Origin: Candidatus Staskawiczbacteria bacterium
GTDB lineage: Bacteria; Patescibacteriota; Minisyncoccia; Minisyncoccales; Staskawiczbacteraceae
Direction: 5' to 3'
NCBI GenBank assembly: GCA_023245145.1
Contig: JAHFKW010000001.1
Location: 9,823 to 73,822 of the forward strand
Length of the DNA stretch: 64,000 nt
The notes beneath the pieces were generated by a model. That model had not been told where the DNA came from. It ran no database searches and worked only from the letters and a program-made list of their open reading frames with translations. Shown here piece by piece: positions 39,282-47,547 of the stretch. The number at the start of each line of letters is the position of its first letter. Position 1 is the stretch's first letter. The position numbers and the translations under genes are program-made.

Positions 39282-39799
39282 TATTTTAATAATTCTTTGA
39301 CCATCTCGCTTACCACCTTTCCATCCGCCTTGCCTTTTATTTTTGGATTTAATTCGGCCATCACTTTGCCCATGCTTTGCCCCGCGGAGCCAGCAGGCGA
39401 AGTGGGGTCCTTCATTACTTTATCAATAGCTTCTGTAACTAGTACTTTAATCTCCTCAACCGACAACTGCTCGGGCAAATATTTTTGCAAAATGGCAATC
39501 TCATTTTTTTCAGACTCGGCTAATTCTGGTCGGCCACCTTGCAAATACAACGCAATCGCATCCCTCCTTTTTTTAATTTCACTGCTTAATACGCTGATTA
39601 TTTCATCATCACCTAATTCAGATTCAGCCAACAAAGCTTCCTCCGTTTTGGCCGGATCATCTTTTGAAATTTTGTAGCGCTTTTCCGTTTGCTTAGCCTG
39701 AACCGACGCCATTACCCCACGCAAAACCGTAGAAGTAAGCTGATCCTTAGCCTTCATCGCCACCACCACATCACTTTTGATTTGTTGTTTTAAAGACAT
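39281..39799 (-). CDS. yqeY: GatB/YqeY domain protein
   Basis: Lys/Glu-rich helical protein with a C-terminal GatB_YqeY-like region (SAGQSMGKVMAEL...GKADGKVVSEMVKELL). Confidence 0.7.
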   Translation of the reverse strand: MSLKQQIKSDVVVAMKAKDQLTSTVLRGVMASVQAKQTEKRYKISKDDPAKTEEALLAESELGDDEIISVLSSEIKKRRDAIALYLQGGRPELAESEKNEIAILQKYLPEQLSVEEIKVLVTEAIDKVMKDPTSPAGSAGQSMGKVMAELNPKIKGKADGKVVSEMVKELLK

Positions 39800-39845
39800 T
39801 TTATCTAATTTCTAATGATTGAAAATTTAATGAAAATTGAAAATT

Positions 39846-40079
39846 TTAATAACGCCCCATTTTTACCTTCGGCTTATCTAATTTATCTTGCTTGATTTTT
39901 TCGGCCTTCAAAATAACCCTCCGCACGGCTGATCTCTTCTTGGCTAACTCTGACTTCGCTTTTTTGTAAAACTGTTTTCCGCGTACTTCCATCAAAATAC
40001 CACTGCCCCTGACCGTTTTGGTAAAACGATGCACTAAATTTTGCGAACTCTCTTTTTCTTTTTTATTTACCTGAAGCAT
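39846..40079 (-). CDS. rpsU: 30S ribosomal protein S21
   Basis: NLVHRFTKTVRGSGILMEVRGKQFYKKAKSELAKKRSAVRR aligns to the S21 core ([23 protein letters not shown]). Confidence 0.7.
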   Translation of the reverse strand: MLQVNKKEKESSQNLVHRFTKTVRGSGILMEVRGKQFYKKAKSELAKKRSAVRRVILKAEKIKQDKLDKPKVKMGRY

Positions 40080-40098
40080 AATTGTAATTTGTGATTTT

Positions 40099-41388
40099 TT
40101 ATTTGTTTATTTTCGACTTCATCTCTTCCACGACCTTGTCTAATTTAATTTCTTTTTGAACACCGCTATCCATATCACGAAGTGTAATAAAATCTTCCAG
40201 TGCTTCTTTTTGTCCAAAAATTAACACCCACCGAATCCCCATTTTATTGGCCATACCCAATTGACTACGCAATGAATCCTTGGAAAAAGATTCGGCCACC
40301 GGAATTTTCGCTGATCTGAATTCTTCAAACAATTTTAAACTTTTTCTTTTGGCCAATTGACCCAATTGCGCCAAAAATATTTGTGCTCCTCCTTCTTTTT
40401 TCTTGTCCACCTTCACTTCTTTTTCCGCCATCAACTCCATAATCCTGGAAATCCCAATCCCCACCCCACAGGCCGGGGTATCTTTACCCCCCAATAATTT
40501 AACCAAACCATCGTATCTTCCCCCCGAAGCCAAGGCACCATACTGCATCCCCACCTCACTTTTTTCTGAAATTTCAAAAACGGTTTTAGTGTAATAATCC
40601 AACCCACGAACCAAATAAGGATTTATGGTGTAAGGTAATTCCAATTCATCCAAAAATTCCAGTACTTGCTTAAAATGGGCGTGACACTGTTCACATAAAT
40701 GATCTACAATTTGCGGTGCGCCGGCTTTAACTTGCTGACATTTTTCTTCTTTACAATCCAAGAGACGCAGCGGATTTTCTTTTAATCTTCGCTGACAATC
40801 AGAGCATAAAGAAGATCTTCGGGTTTTGAAATATCCGGTTAAAATCTTTTTAAAATACGGACGGCATTCAGAATCTCCGATACTATTTACCTCAATGCTG
40901 ATATTTTTAAAACTCAAATCTTTCAAAATATCATAACTCATCTGAATAATCTGTCCGTCCACCGAAGCATTTTTCTCTCCCAACACCTCAATACTGGCCT
41001 GCCAAAACTGTCGGTATCTGCCTTTTTGTGGCCGATCGTGCCTAAAACACGGTCCCGAGGCCCATAATTTTACGGGTTGTGGCAAAGTAAACATGCCGTG
41101 CTCGATATAGCTTCTGACAATTCCGGGAGTGTGTTCAGGACGCAAAGCCACCAAATCCTGACCCTTGGTTCTAAAAGCGTACATTTCTTTTTCTACGACA
41201 TCGGAAGTTAATCCAGCACTTTTGGAAAACACTTCTGCCGTTTCCAAAATTGGCGTTTCAATTTTTTGGAAGCTGTAATAATTAGCAATGCCTTCCACCG
41301 ATTTTTGCACCTTCTTAAAATAGGCCTGATTTTCGGGCAAAATATCGTGCATGCCAGCTAATGTTTGTAATTTTAATTTTTGAGTCAT
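40099..41388 (-). CDS. hisS: Histidyl-tRNA synthetase
   Basis: Class II motifs: GMHDILPE, motif 2 FRHDRPQKGRYRQFWQ, and an anticodon-binding C-terminus. Confidence 0.9.
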   Translation of the reverse strand: MTQKLKLQTLAGMHDILPENQAYFKKVQKSVEGIANYYSFQKIETPILETAEVFSKSAGLTSDVVEKEMYAFRTKGQDLVALRPEHTPGIVRSYIEHGMFTLPQPVKLWASGPCFRHDRPQKGRYRQFWQASIEVLGEKNASVDGQIIQMSYDILKDLSFKNISIEVNSIGDSECRPYFKKILTGYFKTRRSSLCSDCQRRLKENPLRLLDCKEEKCQQVKAGAPQIVDHLCEQCHAHFKQVLEFLDELELPYTINPYLVRGLDYYTKTVFEISEKSEVGMQYGALASGGRYDGLVKLLGGKDTPACGVGIGISRIMELMAEKEVKVDKKKEGGAQIFLAQLGQLAKRKSLKLFEEFRSAKIPVAESFSKDSLRSQLGMANKMGIRWVLIFGQKEALEDFITLRDMDSGVQKEIKLDKVVEEMKSKINK

Positions 41389-41393
41389 ATATA

Positions 41394-41981
41394 TTAGTAA
41401 GCTGGATCAAGGATTAAAGAAACATGTGAAACGGGAAAAAGTCTGAAAACGGCTCGGCCAATAATGTCATTTTTGGGCAAAATTCCCCAGCGACGTGAAT
41501 CGTAAGAATATGGTCGATTGTCTCCCATTACAAAATAATCATCTTTGGCTAAGGTCAAATGCACACTACCGTCAGTAAAAAACCCGGGTAAATACTTTTT
41601 TTCATCCAGCACTATATTTTTTCCATCTTTGGAAACGGTAATTTTCCCATCGGTAATATCCAATGTTTCTCCGGGCAGACCAATCACCCTTTTAATAAAT
41701 CGCTGGGTTACATCCAAAGGATATTTAAAAACCACCACATCTCCCCTGGCAGGACTGGAAAATCGGTAAGAAAATTCGTCAACAATTAGGTAGTCCCCGG
41801 AGTGAAAATTGGGCACCATGCTGTCACCCTTGACAATAAACGGCTGAAACAAGAAATACCGAATAGGCAGTACAATTACCGCTGCAACAATAAGGATTTT
41901 TAGAATTTCCCAAACCAAAAGAGCATACTTTTTAAATACGCTTTGGTTTTTTGGGACTATTACGGGAGTATTTTCATCCAT
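41394..41981 (-). CDS. lepB: Signal peptidase I
   Basis: GDSMVPNF Ser box, KRVIGLPGE Lys box and GDNRPYSYDSRRWG. Confidence 0.9.
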   Translation of the reverse strand: MDENTPVIVPKNQSVFKKYALLVWEILKILIVAAVIVLPIRYFLFQPFIVKGDSMVPNFHSGDYLIVDEFSYRFSSPARGDVVVFKYPLDVTQRFIKRVIGLPGETLDITDGKITVSKDGKNIVLDEKKYLPGFFTDGSVHLTLAKDDYFVMGDNRPYSYDSRRWGILPKNDIIGRAVFRLFPVSHVSLILDPAY

Positions 41982-42024
41982 AATAGCTTATTTCTAGCAT
42001 ACTTTTTAGATAAATGCAAGAGGT

Positions 42025-42065
42025 AAAAAATAAGAAAGGGTCGCGCCATAGCCGTGACGCGACCC
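42025..42065 (-). terminator. Rho-independent terminator after the G+C-rich small ORF
   Basis: Minus strand GGGTCGCG-tcacggctatg-GCGCGACCC followed by TTTCTTATTTTTT. Confidence 0.6.
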
Positions 42066-42102
42066 TTATTTGGTGGGCCGTTGAAATGAATGAAGAGATG
42101 TG

Positions 42103-42348
42103 TTAAGCGACCAAGGATTCATCGCGCCGTAGCTGCGGGCGACTTGTCCGGCGACGGTGACCCTTTCTCAATAGATTCAGAACCACATGGTCGTGGGTTG
42201 CCAGGCCAGTAAAGGCTTTTTGGAAAGCCAAACGGACTGGCTTGGCCTTGTGGACCAAAGGACAATTCTTTTTCGCCGCCTCCTTTCTGATGAAATCTGC
42301 CTCGTGTGGCTTGAAATCTTCCACCTTCGAAATGACCCTTCTCGACAT
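42103..42348 (-). CDS. Small basic hypothetical protein (81 aa) on a G+C-rich island
   Basis: Strong SD GGGAGTGAG 4-5 nt before ATG, with its own terminator. MSRRVISKVEDFKPHEADFIRKEAAKK...RKGHRRRTSRPQLRR. G+C visibly above the backbone. The overlapping ORFs in other frames are judged spurious. Confidence 0.45.
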   Translation of the reverse strand: MSRRVISKVEDFKPHEADFIRKEAAKKNCPLVHKAKPVRLAFQKAFTGLATHDHVVLNLLRKGHRRRTSRPQLRRDESLVA

Positions 42349-42605
42349 GTCTCACTCCCGAAAATCCTTGTTTGAGAAATGCGGAAAGAACACAATGCCT
42401 CTTCTCTGTTCTAAATTTCAAAGATCAGTAATACGCCACCTTGGCTAGAGAAGGTCAACTTACTGCTGACCTAGATAGTGGGACTAAGCCCTAATCACCT
42501 TTTCCTTTCTGCGTTGGGATTAACCAATGTACCCACCAACGCTTGGCGAACTTTTTCAATTATATCTCTTTCAAAATCCGTGTCAATAGTTTAGAATGTG
42601 GATAT

Positions 42606-43136
42606 ATGATAATTATTGTCGGCCTGGGCAACCCGGGCGAAAAATTCAACCACACCCCTCACAATGCCGGTTTTGAAGCTTTGGATTTTTTCATGCAAAA
42701 AAATAATTTCCCGAACTTTGAATTTTCAAAAAAGTATAATTCTCTTATTTCTGAAAGTAACGATGTGATATTGGTAAAACCACAAACATTTATGAATGAA
42801 AGCGGACAGGCAGTTTCAAGTTTCAAAATTTCCCGCTCAGCGGGACAAGTTTCAAGTTTAATCGTTGTTCACGATGACATTGATGTAGCCTTGGGAAAAC
42901 TAAAAATTTCAAAGGACAGTGGCGCGGGTGGCCACAAAGGAGTCCAATCAATTATTGATCATTTGGGAACCAAAGATTTTACCAGAATAAAAATTGGCGT
43001 TGAGACTGACCCAACCCAAAAAGCCGAAGATGTAGTTTTAAAAAAGTTTTCCGCCCAAGAATATGAAATCTTACAAAGCACATTTCCATCTATCGCAGAA
43101 GCCCTAGAAAAAACCATGGATGAATCAACCCCATAA
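42606..43136 (+). CDS. pth: Peptidyl-tRNA hydrolase
   Basis: MIIIVGLGNPGEKFNHTPHNAGF and VVHDDIDVALGKLKIS. Start at the internal Met of the track ORF. Confidence 0.9.
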   Translation: MIIIVGLGNPGEKFNHTPHNAGFEALDFFMQKNNFPNFEFSKKYNSLISESNDVILVKPQTFMNESGQAVSSFKISRSAGQVSSLIVVHDDIDVALGKLKISKDSGAGGHKGVQSIIDHLGTKDFTRIKIGVETDPTQKAEDVVLKKFSAQEYEILQSTFPSIAEALEKTMDESTP

Positions 43137-45099
43137 TATCAACCAATTGTTAATTGTCTCCGTCACCCCCTACTTTTTGGAGAAGCAGGTTTTTTGGTTT
43201 CAGGAACATCTGCAAGAAATTTTAGACTCAACCAAAACCCAGCAGTTTTTTCAAGACAATGTCATATTTTTAAAAGCAGGGCAAAAGGTAGAATTTATGC
43301 AAATCTTAAGAAAATTGGATGAAATGGGCTACGAAAAGGTGTTTAAGGTTGAAAATCCAGGCGAATTTTCGCAAAAAGGCGGGGTATTGGAAATATTCCC
43401 CATTAATATGTTCAACGCCGTGCGCTTGGATTTTTTGGGAAACACCTTGGAAGTAATTCAGTCGCTAGATATTAAAATAGAAGATGAAAAGAAATCTCGC
43501 GAACTATTAACCAAAAAACTAAAATCCCAAAAACTATTTTCTGATTTAAAAAATTTAAAACCCGGCGATTATTTGGTTCATTTAGACCATGGCGTAGCAA
43601 AGTTCACCGGCATAGAAAAAGTTGTAATCGCCAACGAGAAAACAAATATAAAAACAGAAGAAGAATACTATGTGCTTGAATATGCCCAAAATGACAAACT
43701 GTTTGTACCGTTTGGCTTAGAGAGAAAACTATCGCGCTATGTTGGTTTTGCTGACCCTGCCATTTCACGCTTAGCTTCAGCTATCTGGCAAATTACTAAA
43801 CGAAAAATCAGAGAGGACGTTGAAAAACTAGCTAAAGAACTTTTAGCATTATACAGCCAAAAAGAAATGGTCATCCGAGCGCCATATGCAAATGACACAG
43901 AGCTAGAAAAACAAATACTTGCGGGGTTTGCATATCAAGAAACCCCCGATCAACTACAGGCCATGGAAGACATAAAAAAAGATTTGGCCTTAGAAAAACC
44001 CATGGACCGCATTATTTGCGGAGATGTGGGATTTGGTAAAACTGAAATTGCCATCCGCACAGCATTTTTGGCACTTATTAGCGGACGCCAGTGTGCCGTT
44101 ATTTGCCCTACCACTATTTTAGCCTCACAACACTACGAAAACTTTAAAAAGCGTTTTGAAAAACTCCCATGCAAAGTGGCTTTGCTTTCTCGATTACAAA
44201 CCGTCACCGAACAAAAAAAGATACTGCAAGAAATAAAAGAAGGAAAGATTGATATTATTATCGGAACGCACCGCGTTTTATCAAACGATATTGAATTTAA
44301 AAACTTACAATTACTTATTATTGATGATGAACAACGGTTTGGCGTCAAACAAAAAGAAAAATTGCGCCAAAAAAATCCCTCGCTGGACTTATTAAGCTTG
44401 TCAGCCACTCCCATTCCCCGCACTATTTACTTGGCACTTTCCAGTTTTAAGAATATTAGTTTAATGCAAACAGCCCCACAGGGCAGAAGTGCTATTCATA
44501 CAAACATTCAACCCTATAATAAAAACCGCATTAAGGAAGCGATAGAAACCGAACTGGCGCGCAAAGGCCAAGTATATTTTTTACATAACAGGATTGAAAC
44601 CATAGAAAAAACAAAAACTGGTTTGGCAAAACTAATACCTGACGTTACTATTGGTGCCATTCATGGCCGAATGAATGAAAAAGAAGTCATGAAAATAATG
44701 GCAGACTTTACCGCCGGTAACATTAACATACTTGTTGCCACTACTATTATTGAAAACGGCATAGACTTACCCAATGTAAACACGATTATTATAGAAGACG
44801 CCAGTCGCCTTGGACTTTCACAAGCTTATCAAATTCGTGGACGTGTAGGCAGAAGCCATATCAAAAGTTTCGCCTATTTGTTTTACCCTAAAAAGTTAAC
44901 GCCTATTGCGCGCGAACGACTAAATGCCCTTAGCCAAGCCAAAGAACTTGGTGCAGGCTACCAAATTGCATTACGTGATATGGAAATTCGTGGCGCCGGA
45001 AATATTTTGGGACGGGAACAATCGGGCAGTATCAATAAAATTGGTTTGAATTTGTATTGCCAAATGCTGGCCGAGTCGGTTGAGAAAATGAGAGGATAG
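43120..45099 (+). CDS. mfd: Transcription-repair coupling factor Mfd, short form lacking the UvrB-homology N-terminal domains
   Basis: CarD/TRCF RNAP-interaction domain (GDYLVHLDHGVAKFTG). SF2 helicase motifs GDVGFGKTEIA, DEQRFGV and SATPIPRT. TRG motif. Only 659 aa. Confidence 0.75.
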   Translation: MNQPHNINQLLIVSVTPYFLEKQVFWFQEHLQEILDSTKTQQFFQDNVIFLKAGQKVEFMQILRKLDEMGYEKVFKVENPGEFSQKGGVLEIFPINMFNAVRLDFLGNTLEVIQSLDIKIEDEKKSRELLTKKLKSQKLFSDLKNLKPGDYLVHLDHGVAKFTGIEKVVIANEKTNIKTEEEYYVLEYAQNDKLFVPFGLERKLSRYVGFADPAISRLASAIWQITKRKIREDVEKLAKELLALYSQKEMVIRAPYANDTELEKQILAGFAYQETPDQLQAMEDIKKDLALEKPMDRIICGDVGFGKTEIAIRTAFLALISGRQCAVICPTTILASQHYENFKKRFEKLPCKVALLSRLQTVTEQKKILQEIKEGKIDIIIGTHRVLSNDIEFKNLQLLIIDDEQRFGVKQKEKLRQKNPSLDLLSLSATPIPRTIYLALSSFKNISLMQTAPQGRSAIHTNIQPYNKNRIKEAIETELARKGQVYFLHNRIETIEKTKTGLAKLIPDVTIGAIHGRMNEKEVMKIMADFTAGNINILVATTIIENGIDLPNVNTIIIEDASRLGLSQAYQIRGRVGRSHIKSFAYLFYPKKLTPIARERLNALSQAKELGAGYQIALRDMEIRGAGNILGREQSGSINKIGLNLYCQMLAESVEKMRG

Positions 45100-45115
45100 A
45101 AGATTTGTGATATAA

Positions 45116-45991
45116 TTGAGAATGGAAAGCGAAATTAAAACCGTAAAAATAACCGACAAACAGTACCCGGCGTTACTCAAAAAGATTACCGGTGCGCCGA
45201 AATTATTATATTATCGTGGAGTCTTACCCACCAACAAAGAGAAATGTTTTGCGGTAGTAGGAACCCGCCGGCCATCAGATTACGGACAACAAGCTACTCT
45301 GCAAATTACCAAAGAATTATTAGACGCACGCGTAATTATTGTTTCAGGTATGGCACCGGGCATTGATACCTTTGCCCATCAAGCCTGTGTGGAGCGCGGC
45401 TCACGCACCATTGCCGTTTTGGGCACAGGTTTAGATGAAAAGAGCATCTATCCAAAAACAAATTTGGAACTGTCACGACAAATCATCAAACACGGCGGTT
45501 GCTTAATTTCAGAATATCCGCCCGGTACCCGCGCCACCAAATTTACCTTTCCGGCCAGAAACAGAATTGTTTCGGCTTTATCCCTTGGAGTATTAGTCAT
45601 TGAAGCCAAAGAAAAGTCGGGTTCGCTTATTACCGCCAACCTCGCCATTCAACAAAAAAAGAAGCTGTTTGCCGTTCCTGGCTCCATTTACACTTTAAAT
45701 TCCAAAGGCCCCAACCAATTAATTAAAGCCGGTGCCACGCTGGTAGAAAGCGCTCAAGACATTTTTGACGTGCTAGATATTGATCCAAAAAAAGTTTTGC
45801 TAAAAGCACCTGCCGCGGAAAATGCACAAGAAGAACTCATTTTTGACGCTCTGCAAGAAGAAAGTTTATACATTGATGCCATCATCAAAAAAACCAACTT
45901 GTCAGCACCCATTGTCGGCTCCACCCTTGCCTTAATGGAAATTTCAGGTAAGATACGAAACTTAGGAGGGAATACGTATTCACTAAATTAA
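45116..45991 (+). CDS. dprA: DNA processing protein DprA (Smf)
   Basis: Rossmann-like DprA core: VVGTRRPS...IVSGMAPGIDTFAHQ...GTGLD...VIEAKEKSGSLITA. Confidence 0.85.
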   Translation: MRMESEIKTVKITDKQYPALLKKITGAPKLLYYRGVLPTNKEKCFAVVGTRRPSDYGQQATLQITKELLDARVIIVSGMAPGIDTFAHQACVERGSRTIAVLGTGLDEKSIYPKTNLELSRQIIKHGGCLISEYPPGTRATKFTFPARNRIVSALSLGVLVIEAKEKSGSLITANLAIQQKKKLFAVPGSIYTLNSKGPNQLIKAGATLVESAQDIFDVLDIDPKKVLLKAPAAENAQEELIFDALQEESLYIDAIIKKTNLSAPIVGSTLALMEISGKIRNLGGNTYSLN

Positions 45992-46003
45992 AGTCATAAA
46001 GCC

Positions 46004-46588
46004 ATGATTGAAGTTGAGAAAAAATTCGTTCTAACTGCAGAGCAAGAAAAAGCACTTATTGAAGGCGCCGAGTTTTTGGGTGAAAAAAAGTTCACCGATA
46101 TCTACTATGATGATGCAAAGTTTTCTTTAACAACCAATGATATTTGGCTACGAGCAAGAGATGATCGATTTGAACTAAAGATACCAACGGATAGGTTGGC
46201 CGAAAAAAGAATTACAGATCAGTATAGAGAATTGAATACAGATAGTGATATATTAGAATACTTTAAAGCAGGACCCGATGAAGTTCTAGTGGATTTTTTA
46301 CACAAGAAGGGATATGAACCGTTTTGCAAGTTAATAACAACGAGAAGAAAGTATAAAAAGGATGGATTTTCCATAGATTTAGACAGTGTTGATTTTGGTT
46401 ATACTATTGCCGAAGTAGAGTATATAGTAGAAAACGAAGAAAAACTAAAAGAAGTTGAAGATAGCATCATGATGTTTGCAAAGAAATATAATATAATTTC
46501 AGCAGGTGTTCGTTATGGAAAATTGATTGAGTATCTAAAAAGAAACAATCCAAAACATTTTCAAGCAATCGTGCAATCGTGGAAGTAA
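46004..46588 (+). CDS. CYTH-domain (triphosphate tunnel metalloenzyme) protein
   Basis: N-terminal EVEKKF (ExExK) motif and the beta-barrel-like pattern of CyaB/ThTPase family proteins. 194 aa. Confidence 0.5.
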   Translation: MIEVEKKFVLTAEQEKALIEGAEFLGEKKFTDIYYDDAKFSLTTNDIWLRARDDRFELKIPTDRLAEKRITDQYRELNTDSDILEYFKAGPDEVLVDFLHKKGYEPFCKLITTRRKYKKDGFSIDLDSVDFGYTIAEVEYIVENEEKLKEVEDSIMMFAKKYNIISAGVRYGKLIEYLKRNNPKHFQAIVQSWK

Positions 46589-46809
46589 AAATAACTTAAA
46601 AAATCCATCAATAAAGATGAATTTCTTAATGCAAAGGCCGGTGGAGTTGCACATAACGAAAATAACACCTCCATTGCTGAAGATGTTATTTTCGGTCCCT
46701 TGCGGGATGTGATTCACTAGCTGATACCTGCTTCCATTATAGCAAATCAAAAGCCCTTGTCAATAGCGCGCATTAATAGCATAATTAGCAATTAATTAGC
46801 TTAAAAACT

Positions 46810-47541
46810 ATGGCAGAAACACCATTACAACAACCAGACAATTTGAAAGCTCCCGAAACAGAAATTGTGCCAACAAAGTTAGTTACTGCAGAAAATGAAA
46901 AGGGAGAAAAGTCTGTCCTAGAATCCATTCTTGCTCGAACTCCATCAAAAGAAGAAACCCACCACATAGACGCTCTTATAGAAAATACTAAATTTTTACA
47001 CTTTGATACTGCATACAGTACTTTTTGGACAAAAAGAAATCTCGATCCCATTAAGGAAAAACTCAATAATAGTTTACTCTTGGATCTGGGAGGAGGCAGT
47101 GGTGAATTAAGAAAAACGCTTGAGAACATGGAAATTAACGCGAAGCACTATATAAATGTTGATAACTTTCGCGGTTATTTTAAATCAGCAACAGACCAAT
47201 TAGTTATAAACAAAAAAACTTTTCGCATACAAAAAGTACCCACAGAAAGGTGCGACGCCATTAATGTTGATGCAGATATGTTAGAATTTTTACTTTATAC
47301 CCAAAGTGAATCCATTGATAACATATCAATTAATGGTATCGATGAAGACATTGTCGATAATCACGAGTATCTTGAAGAGGTGACTAAGCAAGTATTAAGA
47401 GTTTTAAAACCTGGAGGTATTGTGTTTGGCATACAGGGAAGTCCTCTAAATATAATAACGTTAAAACACAGCAAAGAGATTAATACTATATTAGATAGTG
47501 TCTATGGGAGTATGATTTTCCAAAAGAAAGTAAAAGAATAA
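46810..47541 (+). CDS. Class I SAM-dependent methyltransferase-like protein with disordered N-terminal extension
   Basis: Motif I LLLDLGGGSGE, post-I INVD and LKPGGIVFG. Confidence 0.45.
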   Translation: MAETPLQQPDNLKAPETEIVPTKLVTAENEKGEKSVLESILARTPSKEETHHIDALIENTKFLHFDTAYSTFWTKRNLDPIKEKLNNSLLLDLGGGSGELRKTLENMEINAKHYINVDNFRGYFKSATDQLVINKKTFRIQKVPTERCDAINVDADMLEFLLYTQSESIDNISINGIDEDIVDNHEYLEEVTKQVLRVLKPGGIVFGIQGSPLNIITLKHSKEINTILDSVYGSMIFQKKVKE

Positions 47542-47547
47542 AAAACT

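Noticed and set aside
42119-42448. Overlapping ORFs 42119..42421(-), 42177..42395(-), 42187..42375(+), 42242..42448(+)
   Set aside because: Alternative frames of the same G+C-rich segment. Their translations are low-complexity Arg/Pro/Gly-rich nonsense without start signals.
42030-42540. Possible structured RNA gene (RNase P RNA / tmRNA / SRP RNA) in the G+C-rich insert
   Set aside because: No P4-type RNase P motifs, no tRNA-like 3' end, no tmRNA tag frame and no SRP domain IV motif were found. A protein-coding ORF with a strong SD and terminator explains the region better.
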